Part shown: one piece after another, positions 55,337-63,931 of the stretch
How the letters are laid out: each line of letters begins with the position of its first letter
How positions within the stretch are numbered: the stretch's first letter is position 1
DNA from: Phascolarctobacterium succinatutens
Lineage (GTDB): Bacteria > Bacillota > Clostridia > Christensenellales > CAG-917
Length of the DNA: 64,000 nucleotides
Direction: 5' to 3'
Assembly: GCA_963593735.1 (NCBI GenBank)
Contig: CAVBBF010000001.1
Location: 9,569 to 73,568, forward strand
Notes under the pieces: generated by a model
Databases searched by the model: none
The model's input: only the letters and a program-made list of their open reading frames with translations
What the model was told of the DNA's origin: nothing
Position numbers and translations under genes: made by a program

Positions 55337-57017
55337 ACATTTCTTCGGGAGCGGAAATGCCGAGCAACCCCAACCCACACTTTATCACGTTGCCCACCGC
55401 TTTGGTGAGAGCAAGACGTGCGTTGCGAGTGGGTGCGTCATCGACGAGTATGCGATGATCGATGTAGAAACGATTGAACTTTTCGGCAAGATCGACGATG
55501 TGACGAGTGACGTAGCAGGGCTCGCGCAGTTTGGCGGCTTGGCGCACGGAATCGCCGAAAGCAATGACGGATTTTATGACGTCGTAACCCTCGTCGGAAG
55601 TTATTGCGGACAAGTCGACGTTTGCATAATCGATGTCGCCGCCCTTGCGAAGCGCGCTTGCGCAACGAGCATAGGTATATTGAACGTAAGGTGCGGTTTC
55701 GCCGTCGAAATTAAGCACCTTGTCGTATGAAAACACGATGTCTTTTATACGGTTGTTCCAAAGGGACGAGAACACCACCGCGCCTACGCCGACGCTCTCT
55801 GCGATTTCGTCTTTGTTTGGTGTGTTCGGATTCTTTTCCTCGATGATTTTTCTTGCTTTTTCAACCGCCTTGTCCAGCACTTCTTGAAGCCAAATTACGC
55901 GCCCCGAACGCGTTGACATAGAGCCGTCTTCCATAGAAACCATGCCGTATGCGACGTGCTCCATATCGTCTGCACCTGCAAAATCCATAAGTTTAAGCAC
56001 CTGAAACAGTTGCTTAAAGTGCAGATTCTGCTGATATGCGACAACGTAAAGGCATTTGTAGAAGTCGTACGTTTTCTTGCGATAATACGCCGCGGCGATG
56101 TCGCGCGTTGCATACAAAGTCGCGCCGTCCGCCTTGACCAAAAGGCACGGCGGCATATCGTATTCGTCGAGGTTTACAACCTGTGCGCCGTCGCTTTCGA
56201 CAAGCAAGTTTTTCTCTCTCAATATGTCGAGGCACGCCTCCATTTTGTCGTTGTAGAAACTCTCGCCGGCATAACTGTCGAACTTGATTTTCAAGCGATC
56301 GTAAATCTTTCCGACGGCGGTCATCGTAACCTTTTTGAATACGTCGAAATACTTTGTCGCTTCCTCGTCGCCGTCCTCGATACGCTTGAACCAAGCGCGA
56401 GCCTCGTCGTCCATTTCGGGATGTTCTTCCGCCTCTTTGTGATAGCGCACGTAAAGTTTGTTGAGGAAGTATTCGTCGTTTTCCGCCACTTCCTCGAGAG
56501 AAGACCATTTGCGAGTTGCGACGATGAGTTTTCCGAATTGCGTACCCCAGTCGCCGAGATGGTTTATGCCGACGACATTGTAGCCGAGATGTTCAAAAAT
56601 GCGATAAAGTGCGCCGCCGATGACAGTCGTACCGAGATGTCCGATGTGAAAAGGCTTTGCGATGTTGACCGAACTATAATCGATGCAAATGGTTTTGCCT
56701 GCGCCCTCGTCGCTCGCGCCGACGTTTTCGTCCGTCGCGCTTTCGAGAGCCTTTTTCGCAAGCGTATTTCTGTCAAAGAAAATGTTGAGATAGCCGCCCA
56801 CAACCTCGACTTTTTCCACGAAATCGAGTGCCTGAACATAAGGCAAAAGTTTGTTTGCGATAACGGGCGGCGCAAGGCGCATTGTGCGTGCAAATTTGAA
56901 GCACGGCAAACAAATATCGCCCATTTTCGCTTCTTTCGGCGTTTCGAGAGCCGATTCGACGTCTTGCACCGAAAGCCCTTCGACGGCAAGCGCATTTGTT
57001 AATTCTTTTTCAAACAT
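55335..57017 (-). CDS. argS: Arginine--tRNA ligase
   Basis: 560 aa. SVNIAKPFHIGHLGTT (HIGH region). C-terminal anticodon-binding DALR-like region ending ISAPEEM. Confidence 0.95.
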   Translation of the reverse strand: MFEKELTNALAVEGLSVQDVESALETPKEAKMGDICLPCFKFARTMRLAPPVIANKLLPYVQALDFVEKVEVVGGYLNIFFDRNTLAKKALESATDENVGASDEGAGKTICIDYSSVNIAKPFHIGHLGTTVIGGALYRIFEHLGYNVVGINHLGDWGTQFGKLIVATRKWSSLEEVAENDEYFLNKLYVRYHKEAEEHPEMDDEARAWFKRIEDGDEEATKYFDVFKKVTMTAVGKIYDRLKIKFDSYAGESFYNDKMEACLDILREKNLLVESDGAQVVNLDEYDMPPCLLVKADGATLYATRDIAAAYYRKKTYDFYKCLYVVAYQQNLHFKQLFQVLKLMDFAGADDMEHVAYGMVSMEDGSMSTRSGRVIWLQEVLDKAVEKARKIIEEKNPNTPNKDEIAESVGVGAVVFSSLWNNRIKDIVFSYDKVLNFDGETAPYVQYTYARCASALRKGGDIDYANVDLSAITSDEGYDVIKSVIAFGDSVRQAAKLREPCYVTRHIVDLAEKFNRFYIDHRILVDDAPTRNARLALTKAVGNVIKCGLGLLGISAPEEM

Positions 57018-57035
57018 AGTTACTCCTATTTTATT

Positions 57036-57352
57036 CCTCTACAAAAGTTTGACGGCGTGAACTTTAAAATCACACATCACCCCTTCCCTTCGGGCTTTCC
57101 CCTATTGCTCAAACGAACGTCATTTCTCTGTCAGATTACACATCGTTCGCAAGAGATGGTAGGACGCGATTGACTTCGTAACAATCGCTATTCCGTCACT
57201 GCGTTCCTTACGGCACTCACATAGATAGGGGCATTTCTCTCATTATGCCACTGCGCTTTGTGCGCCAGGCAGTGGCCAACGGACGGCGCAGTCGCTTGTA
57301 CTATTCGTCAAGTTCGGCGCTCATATGCGAGCCGCCGTTGCGGCTCGTGTTC
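57036..57352 (-). repeat. LE core, copy 5 (reverse orientation, carries nested module H)
   Basis: Reverse complement of the copy 3 subfamily. Module H (57162-57211) is inserted between ..CGCAAGAGATGGTA and GGCACTCACATAGATAGG. The TTGTAGAG end lies 19 nt from the argS start codon. Confidence 0.85.
57162..57211 (-). repeat. Module H, copy nested in LE core copy 5
   Basis: GGACGCGATTGAC ttcgtaa CAATCGCTATTCCGTCACTGCGTTCCTTAC is the reverse complement of the 10178-10230 module, with a different hairpin loop. Confidence 0.8.
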
Positions 57353-57420
57353 CGTCTACGAATTAGCACATACCGTTAATAAGTACGCTTCGAATGAGTG
57401 TCCGTTTTAAGCACACTTTT

Positions 57421-57545
57421 TTAAGTGCGATATTGAGATGCAGAGCAAGGAAGATACTTTCGCACGGCAACCCTAATTTACTATGCGTAAATGAGTTGAC
57501 GGGCGAAGGTGTCTGACGAAGTTATTCGCCGAATAGTGCGCTTAA
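57421..57545 (+). repeat. HP repeat, copy 9 (tandem with copy 10)
   Basis: S1 TTAAGTGCGATATTGAG/CCGAATAGTGCGCTTAA (imperfect), S2 AGATACTTTCGC/GCGAAGGTGTCT (two G:T), apex CAAC CCTA ATTTAC tatgc GTAAAT GA GTTG. Confidence 0.85.
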
Positions 57546-57548
57546 TTT

Positions 57549-57668
57549 GAGTGCGATATTTGGATGAAGAACAAGGAAGATGCGATTTTTGAACAACGAG
57601 CGTACTTAGGCGTACGTGACTTGTGAAAAAATCGTATCTGACGAAGTTATTCGCCAAATAGCACGCTC
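57549..57668 (+). repeat. HP repeat, copy 10
   Basis: S1 GTGCGATATTTGG/CCAAATAGCAC, S2 AGATGCGATTTTT/AAAAATCGTATCT (one G:T), apex ACAA C GA GCGTAC ttaggc GTACGT GA C TTGT. Ends at the ychF stop codon (57667-57669). Confidence 0.85.
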
Positions 57669-58749
57669 AAACGTTGATGCGGAACAAAACCACATCATTA
57701 TCCTGCATCACATAATCCTTCCCCTCGCTGCGTACTTTGCCGCGCTCTTTGGCGACGTTGAAGGAGCCGCATTCGAGAAGGGTTTGATAATCGACAATTT
57801 CGGCACGAATGAAACCGCGCTCGAAGTCGCTGTGAATTTTGCCGGCGGCTTGGGGGGCTTTGGTGCCTTTGACGATGGTCCAAGCACGCGTTTCTTTTTC
57901 ACCGGCGGTGAGATAACTGATGAGCCCCAAAAGTTTGTAAGACGCTTTGACGAGGCGGTCGAGTCCGCTCTCTTTAAGCCCGTAATCTTCCATAAACATT
58001 GCGCGGTCGTCGTCGGAAAGTTCGCTCAAATCTTCTTCGAGTTTGGCGCAAAGCACGATTGCTTCGGTGTTTTCCTCTTTGGCGATACTCTCGACTTCCT
58101 CGGTATACGCATTACCGTTTATGCCCGCTTCGTCGGTGTTTGCAACGTAGATGACGGGTTTGGACGTGAGCAAAAATTGCTCGTCAACAAAGCGTTTGAA
58201 GTCCTCGTCCATATCGAGATTGCGAAGGGGCTTGCCGCTTTCGAGCCACTTTTGCATAACAACGAGGCGGTCGATGTCCTCTTGATATTTTTTGTCCGCT
58301 TTCACCTTGACTTGCGCCGAAGCCATACGGCGTTCGAGGGTTTCCATATCGGCAAAAATAAGTTCGAAATTGATTGTTTCGATGTCTCTTTGCGGATTGA
58401 CCGAACCGTCGACGTGCGTTATGTTCGCGTCGTCGAAACAGCGAACAACGTGTACGATTGCGTCCACTTCCCTTATATGCGAAAGAAATTTGTTGCCGAG
58501 TCCTTCGCCTTTGCTTGCGCCCTTGACAAGACCCGCGATATCCACGAATTCAAGCGAAGTCGGGGTGATTTTTTTGCTGTCGTAAAGAGCGGCAAGTTTT
58601 TCGAGTCTTTCGTCGGGAACGGCAACAACACCTACGTTAGGCTCGATCGTGCAGAACGGATAATTCGCCGCTTGCGCGCCCGCCTTTGTGATTGCGTTGA
58701 AAAGCGTACTCTTGCCCACGTTTGGCAAACCTACGACACCGAGTTTCAT
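57667..58749 (-). CDS. ychF: Redox-regulated ribosome-binding ATPase YchF
   Basis: ATG at 58749 (MKLGVVGLPNVGKSTLFNA) with a GAGGT RBS. The upstream part of the ORF-track ORF is non-coding read-through. 360 aa. Confidence 0.95.
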   Translation of the reverse strand: MKLGVVGLPNVGKSTLFNAITKAGAQAANYPFCTIEPNVGVVAVPDERLEKLAALYDSKKITPTSLEFVDIAGLVKGASKGEGLGNKFLSHIREVDAIVHVVRCFDDANITHVDGSVNPQRDIETINFELIFADMETLERRMASAQVKVKADKKYQEDIDRLVVMQKWLESGKPLRNLDMDEDFKRFVDEQFLLTSKPVIYVANTDEAGINGNAYTEEVESIAKEENTEAIVLCAKLEEDLSELSDDDRAMFMEDYGLKESGLDRLVKASYKLLGLISYLTAGEKETRAWTIVKGTKAPQAAGKIHSDFERGFIRAEIVDYQTLLECGSFNVAKERGKVRSEGKDYVMQDNDVVLFRINV

Positions 58750-58860
58750 ATTTCTACCTCTTGCACGTTCTCGCGTGCGAATTTCTTTAATACAATATTT
58801 TAGTATAGACGAAAATACAAATCGTGTAAAGGGAAAACGAAAACAAGGAGTAAAAACAAT

Positions 58861-59691
58861 ATGGAAATATGGGAAGCGTTGGCGCTCGGTTTGGCGCAAG
58901 GGTTGAGCGAGTTTCTGCCGATATCGTCGTCGGGACATCTGTTGATTTTGGAAAAATTCGGAATAGGACAAGAAAACTTGTTCTTCAACATAATGTTGCA
59001 CATCGGCACGCTTTTTGCCGTGCTTATCGCTTTGCGCAAAACTTGGATTCCGCTTTTGCTTTTTCCTTTTTCGAAAAAGAAAAAATCGCAATGCGGCAAT
59101 CTCGAAATCCAAACCGTTTTCGGCGGACTGTCCGCAGGCAAAATCGACGGCTACGTCGTGCTTGCGTGCCTGCCCACCGTTGCGCTCGCATTCGTTTTCA
59201 AACTGCTTGCGCCGTCCCTTCTCGACGGCAAACTTTTGGGTTGCGGTTTTGTGTTGACCGCCGTGCTTTTGTATCTCGGCGAAAACTTCAAACCGACAAA
59301 ATCGACACTTCTTACACCCAAAACGAGTATATTAACAGGCGTTTTGCAAGGTATCGCGGTTTTACCCGGTGTGTCGAGAAGCGGCGCTACGATATCCGCG
59401 CTGACCCTTCAAGCCGTTGACAAAAAGGCGGCAACAACCTTTTCTTTTCTGCTGTCAATTCCGATAATTATAGGCTCTGCTCTTTACGAAAGCCTCGATT
59501 TAATCACGGGAAAAGCAACTCTTTCAATCTCTGCTTCAGCCGTTGTCGTGGGCGTGGTCGCCGCGTTTTTGTCGGGACTTGCCGCAATAAAATTCTTCCT
59601 TAAACTCATCGAAAAACACTCTATGACAGGCTTTATCGTATACACTCTTTTGCTCGGAACAGCGGTGAGTATCTATCCGTTTTTCGTATAA
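58861..59691 (+). CDS. uppP: Undecaprenyl-diphosphate phosphatase
   Basis: SEFLPISSSGHL motif. 276 aa polytopic membrane protein. Confidence 0.9.
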   Translation: MEIWEALALGLAQGLSEFLPISSSGHLLILEKFGIGQENLFFNIMLHIGTLFAVLIALRKTWIPLLLFPFSKKKKSQCGNLEIQTVFGGLSAGKIDGYVVLACLPTVALAFVFKLLAPSLLDGKLLGCGFVLTAVLLYLGENFKPTKSTLLTPKTSILTGVLQGIAVLPGVSRSGATISALTLQAVDKKAATTFSFLLSIPIIIGSALYESLDLITGKATLSISASAVVVGVVAAFLSGLAAIKFFLKLIEKHSMTGFIVYTLLLGTAVSIYPFFV

Positions 59692-59700
59692 ATTCGATTG

Positions 59701-59739
59701 AAAAAACCGCGATTTTTTGATAAAAAACGCGGTTTTTTT
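59701..59739. terminator. Bidirectional terminator between uppP and the flavodiiron gene
   Basis: AAAAAACCGCG (16 nt) CGCGGTTTTTTT. Genes converge on both sides. Confidence 0.8.
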
Positions 59740-59790
59740 GAATGTTTTTATGTCGTTTTCGAGCCGCCGGAACGGCGTTTTTCGAAAGAC

Positions 59791-60945
59791 TTATTTTGCC
59801 AGTTCGTCGGCGAGATTTTTAATTTGCGCTATGTTTTCTTCGCTCATAGAGGAGAGAATTTTGACTTCGGTTTGCGCAAACGTGAGGGTTTTGCATCCTT
59901 CGAGCATACCCTTCATAACCTTTGTCGCAAGAGGTGCCCACGAGCCGTTTTCAATGAACGCAACCGTGCGATTTTGGAAATTGCGCTCGGTGAGATGAAG
60001 GATAAATTCTCTCATAACGGGGAACACGTCGCCGTTGTAAGTGGGGGCGGCAAGCACGAGTTTGCCGTAGCGGAACGCGTCTTCGACATTCTCTGCCCAG
60101 TCGCTGCGAGCGAGGTCGGAAACAGTGGCTTTTACGCCCTTTTCTTCGAGTTGCTCTGCAAGCAATTTCGCCGCTTTTTCGGTGTGCCCGTAGACGGAAG
60201 CGTATGCAACGAACACGCCTTCGCTTTCAACGCCGTACGTTGACCAAACGATGTAGAGATTGAGATAATATCCGAGATTGTCTGTAAGCACCGGTCCGTG
60301 AAGCGGACAAATGATTTTTATGTCAAGTCCCGCAATCTTTTTGAAGAGGCTTTGCACTTGCGCGCCGTATTTGCCGACTATGCCGAAATAATATCTTCTC
60401 GCCTCGCACGCCCAGTCCTCATCCTCGACATCCAACGCGCCGAACTTGCCGAACGCGTCTGCGGAAAAGAAAACTTTGTCCGTCTTGTCGTATGTCATTA
60501 TAACTTCGGGCCAATGCACCATAGGCGCGGTGACGAATTGAAACTCGTGTCTGCCCGTCACAAGCGTCGAGCCGTCGCCGACGACTATCCTTCTTTCCTC
60601 AAATGACGTGCCGAAATAGTTTTGCATCATTGCAAACGCCTTTTGAGAGGAAACAATCGTCGCGCTCGGATATGCCGTCATAAACTCGACGATGTTTGCC
60701 GAATGGTCGGGCTCCATGTGTTGTACGACGAGATAATCGGGCTTTTTGCCGTCAAGCACGCTTTGAACGTTTGCAAGCCACTCTTTGCCGAAATGCGCGT
60801 CAACGCTGTCGAAAACGGTGATTTTGTCGTCGAAAACGACGTAGGAATTGTACGCCATGCCGTTGGGAACGACGTATTGCCCCTCGAACAAATCAATACC
60901 ATTGTCGTTTACGCCGACGTATTTAATATCGTTTGTGATAATCAT
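59791..60945 (-). CDS. Flavodiiron protein (FprA-type, MBL fold plus flavodoxin domain)
   Basis: ATG at 60945 (MIITNDIKYVG) with an AGGAG RBS. Di-iron motif HMEPDHS. C-terminal flavodoxin-like domain. Confidence 0.85.
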   Translation of the reverse strand: MIITNDIKYVGVNDNGIDLFEGQYVVPNGMAYNSYVVFDDKITVFDSVDAHFGKEWLANVQSVLDGKKPDYLVVQHMEPDHSANIVEFMTAYPSATIVSSQKAFAMMQNYFGTSFEERRIVVGDGSTLVTGRHEFQFVTAPMVHWPEVIMTYDKTDKVFFSADAFGKFGALDVEDEDWACEARRYYFGIVGKYGAQVQSLFKKIAGLDIKIICPLHGPVLTDNLGYYLNLYIVWSTYGVESEGVFVAYASVYGHTEKAAKLLAEQLEEKGVKATVSDLARSDWAENVEDAFRYGKLVLAAPTYNGDVFPVMREFILHLTERNFQNRTVAFIENGSWAPLATKVMKGMLEGCKTLTFAQTEVKILSSMSEENIAQIKNLADELAK

Positions 60946-61049
60946 ATTTGCTCCTATATAAAAATTTATTTTCTGTTTGATGAGATTATTGTAACACAGA
61001 AACGAAGGAACGAACAATAGATTAACAAACAATCGCAAACTTAATTAAA

Positions 61050-61340
61050 GCTTCCCCCTTCCTCACGTGTTTCCCCCACCGCCGTTCCCCCTCTGCATAC
61101 TTTGAGGGAACCCACGGTGTCCGCTTCGCGTGGGGCAACACTGACGCGATTGACTTCGTAGCAATCGCTAGTTCGTTGCGCGCAACGAACGGCAGACGGG
61201 CTGTTGGCAATACAAATCGGCTGAAAGCCGTGCCACCGTCCTTTGTGTGCCAGCTACGCACCCAAACGGCACAGTCGGACGGTACTAATCGTCGAGCTTC
61301 GACGCTCGCTTTTCTCGCCGCCGTTGCGGCTCGCGTTCCG
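61050..61340 (-). repeat. LE core, copy 6 (reverse orientation, diverged)
   Basis: Shares CTTCCCCCTTCCTCACGTGTTTCCCC.ACCGCCGTTCCCCCTCTGCATA.TTTGAGGGAACCCACG with copy 2, and ..CGCCGCCGTTGCGGCTCG.GTTCC with all copies. Contains a module H fragment (61143-61170) and a perfect 20 nt palindrome (61171-61190). Confidence 0.75.
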
Positions 61341-61439
61341 TCTTCGAATATACACATATCGTTTACAAAACAGACTGTGTGAGATAAAGAACACGAAAAC
61401 GCCCCTTTGCGATTCGCTCGGCGTTTGACAAGCAGTGCT

Positions 61440-61542
61440 AAATCGATGCATAACGCGAAAGCACCCCTTGCATGACAACCCTAATTTACTAAATCGTAAA
61501 TGAGTTGACAGGCGGGTGTCTCTGCCGCAGTTATTCGCGATT
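61440..61542 (+). repeat. HP repeat, copy 11 (chimeric: variant 5' arm, standard 3' arm)
   Basis: The 5' arm AAATCGATGCATAACGCGAAAGCACCCC matches copy 2. The apex is CAAC CCTA ATTTAC taaatc GTAAAT GA GTTG. The 3' arm is ..CTGCCGCAGTTATTCGCGATT. S2 is only partly complementary. A truncated copy lies at 61366-61437. Confidence 0.75.
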
Positions 61543-61556
61543 CCTTATTGACTTCA

Positions 61557-61684
61557 TCAAACAGTCTGTGTGAGATAAAGAACACGAAAACGCCCCTTTG
61601 ATAGCAATCCTAACGTACTTAGGCGTACGTGAATTGATAGCAAAGGAGCGTTGACGCAGTTGTTTGCTCACACAGGCTGTTTGA
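61557..61684 (+). repeat. HP repeat, copy 12
   Basis: S1 TCAAACAGTCTGTGTGAG/CTCACACAGGCTGTTTGA (one T:G), S2 ACGCCCCTTTG/CAAAGGAGCGT (one C:A), apex CAAT CCTA ACGTAC ttaggc GTACGT GA ATTG. The 3' arm is the stop plus last 5 codons of the 61668-62453 lipoprotein gene. Confidence 0.9.
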
Positions 61685-62453
61685 TGGCAAGGTGGATGTT
61701 CATAAACTCAATCGACAAAGCCCCCATCGTATCGTTTTCGGTCAATGTGAAGACACCAAAGGGCGCAGTTTGAGGATTGTCCTTGACTTTGTAGCCAAGA
61801 TAAATGGCTCTAAAGTGCGTGTCGTCGGAAGCGGTCAAGTCGCGGAGGGCGTATTGCGTGTCGAGAGTGAGACGAAGGACGGTGTCCTGAGGTATGGCAT
61901 CGAGAAGATCGGCAGGAAGAGCCATGTTTTCACCGACATATTTAAGTGCCGCTTTGACTTTTTCGTTTTGAAGGTCGAGACCGTCGATGTTGAAGCCGAG
62001 ACTGTGTTTGATAAGTCCAAGCGCACCCTGCAAATCGCTGTCTTTGAGTTTTTGCGTGAAGCCGGGGAACATAGGTTCGACATAATAATCGACGCTTGTT
62101 TTTATGTCAAAACCCGAAAGCGCGGTCGAGAGGTCAACTCCAAAATAATTGAGCAGTCCTGTTATGTTTTTGAACAATCCCGCTTTGGTTTGGATTTGCA
62201 TATGCATGGTTCCGTCGGTTTTGAACTCGAAATAAGTGTTGTCGGTGTCGATTGCCGCTTTGACGATAAGTTCGAGGAGTTTTTTGTTCATCCCCATCAT
62301 ATTGAGGTTGTCGTAATCAACGTCGAAGCGAGTGTTTTGAGCAAAAACCGAATCGTCGGTTTTTTCGTTGCAGGCGCAGAGTGCGAACAGACAAGAGGAA
62401 AGCAAAACGAGCGCGATTGCTATCGTGAAAATTCTAATAACGGATTTTTTCAT
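61668..62453 (-). CDS. Hypothetical lipoprotein (261 aa)
   Basis: Lipobox FALCACNE. No family recognised. The last 5 codons plus the stop lie inside the outer stem of hairpin repeat copy 12. Confidence 0.7.
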   Translation of the reverse strand: MKKSVIRIFTIAIALVLLSSCLFALCACNEKTDDSVFAQNTRFDVDYDNLNMMGMNKKLLELIVKAAIDTDNTYFEFKTDGTMHMQIQTKAGLFKNITGLLNYFGVDLSTALSGFDIKTSVDYYVEPMFPGFTQKLKDSDLQGALGLIKHSLGFNIDGLDLQNEKVKAALKYVGENMALPADLLDAIPQDTVLRLTLDTQYALRDLTASDDTHFRAIYLGYKVKDNPQTAPFGVFTLTENDTMGALSIEFMNIHLAIKQPV

Positions 62454-62469
62454 CGTTTCTTCCCCCTTA

Positions 62470-63792
62470 TCAATAGTTGACGGGAACGTACCCGTTCGTC
62501 TTGTCGAAATACGCTCTCGTGGTTGCGTAGTAGGTGGCCGCGCCGTTCACTGCGTCTTTTGCGGCTTGAAGATCGAAACCTTGAACGCCCGAATATATTC
62601 TATCGAGTTGGTCACACTTGATCGCCTTGTACTTGGCAAGAGCGTCGCTGCCCGCTATGCCGAGTTGTTCGAGCAATTTTTGAGTTTCTTCTGCAATGAC
62701 CGCGTGTCCGAAATTGGACGGATGCGTGAAGTCCTCGAATAGAAGCGATCTGCCGAGACTTTTTGCGGACAAGTCCACAACGTCGTCTTTGACATCGGTT
62801 TTGGTGATGTCGTCAAACGCCTTTTGGATGTCGAGGGTGTAAACCTTGCTGTCGGGATGTTTTTGATTGTACTCGTCAAGCATACCGTTGAGATGGCGTG
62901 TGAGAAGTTCGCCTGCGAGGTCTCTCACCTTTGCGATTGTGTCATAGCCTTTTTCGGCAAGAGCCTTATACTCCCACTTGGAGAGAAGGGTCGTGCCTTC
63001 GTAAACGGGATTGTAAACCTTTTGGAAAATTATCTTTGCCGTCGGATTGAGTTCGCGAAGTTTGGCAACGATATCTACGATGTTTTGATATGTGGGCGGA
63101 AAATTAAATTGGGGGTCAGCCATATTCGGATTTTTACCGTCCGAGCGATCGCCGAAACTTATTGTTTCGCCGTCGCCCGACCATATGGACGGGCGCACGT
63201 TCTCGAGCGTGCCGCCATCGTGCAGATAATCGAAAAGGGATTTGTCGTCGGCGTAATACTCTTTGAGTCCATTCCTCGTTGCCTCGTCGGTTTCGCGGTC
63301 GAAGCAGGATTGATACCAACTGTTTTCACTGCCCGCCTCGATTCCTGCGAGTTCGTCCGCCATCTCGAGCATCATAGACCCCAAACTATATTGCAAAATG
63401 TTGTTGCCGAGAATTGAAATATGTATAACGTCCGCCTCGACGATGTGCGTACGAATGAGCGTTGCCGTTTCGGTGGGTCTCGATATAACTTCGAGCAATC
63501 CCTCTCCCGACTTGTCCATCATATTGCCGGATGTGAGATGCCCCGACATAGAATGGTTGTAGTAATTGTAATCGTTGGTTTTGCCGACAATGGCATAATA
63601 TCCGTAGTTGTCACGCTCGCTCACCGGCGACGATCCTATCAACGCTTCCGCAATGGAATCGCCCAAAAACACGATATTGAGTTTTCCGTCTGCGGAATTC
63701 GAATCATCGGGCTTTTCGTTGCAAGCCGCAAAAGACACGGCGGTGAGCGCAACCAACGCCACGACGATAAAAATGGTCCAAACTTTCTTCAT
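62470..63792 (-). CDS. SGNH/GDSL hydrolase family lipoprotein
   Basis: Lipobox VSFAACNE. GDS block LNIVFLGDSIAEA. HP block near the C-terminus (FTHPSNFGH). 440 aa. Confidence 0.8.
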   Translation of the reverse strand: MKKVWTIFIVVALVALTAVSFAACNEKPDDSNSADGKLNIVFLGDSIAEALIGSSPVSERDNYGYYAIVGKTNDYNYYNHSMSGHLTSGNMMDKSGEGLLEVISRPTETATLIRTHIVEADVIHISILGNNILQYSLGSMMLEMADELAGIEAGSENSWYQSCFDRETDEATRNGLKEYYADDKSLFDYLHDGGTLENVRPSIWSGDGETISFGDRSDGKNPNMADPQFNFPPTYQNIVDIVAKLRELNPTAKIIFQKVYNPVYEGTTLLSKWEYKALAEKGYDTIAKVRDLAGELLTRHLNGMLDEYNQKHPDSKVYTLDIQKAFDDITKTDVKDDVVDLSAKSLGRSLLFEDFTHPSNFGHAVIAEETQKLLEQLGIAGSDALAKYKAIKCDQLDRIYSGVQGFDLQAAKDAVNGAATYYATTRAYFDKTNGYVPVNY

Positions 63793-63869
63793 AATTACCC
63801 CCTATACGCATTTGCACGGAATCCGTACACTTGTATATTTTATAGGAAGAAACGGAAAAAGTAAATATG

Positions 63870-63931
63870 AAAATTAAATTAATAATTAATAATGAATAAT
63901 TAATAATTGAGGGAGTGCTCTGCCCTCACCC
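63870..63931 (+). repeat. A/T box plus GC hairpin, copy 5
   Basis: AAAATTAAATTAATAATTAATAATGAATAATTAATAATT is followed by TGAGGG agtgctctg CCCTCA CCC, then CGAAACGAAAACTTATTCGAAG as in copy 2. The element runs off the window end. Confidence 0.9.

Noticed and set aside
5211-61684. A CRISPR array as an explanation for the interspersed repeats.
   Set aside because: The repeats are dispersed one or two per intergenic region. They are 110-130 nt long with internal variable stems, and are not arranged as short identical repeats with unique spacers. No cas genes are present in the window.
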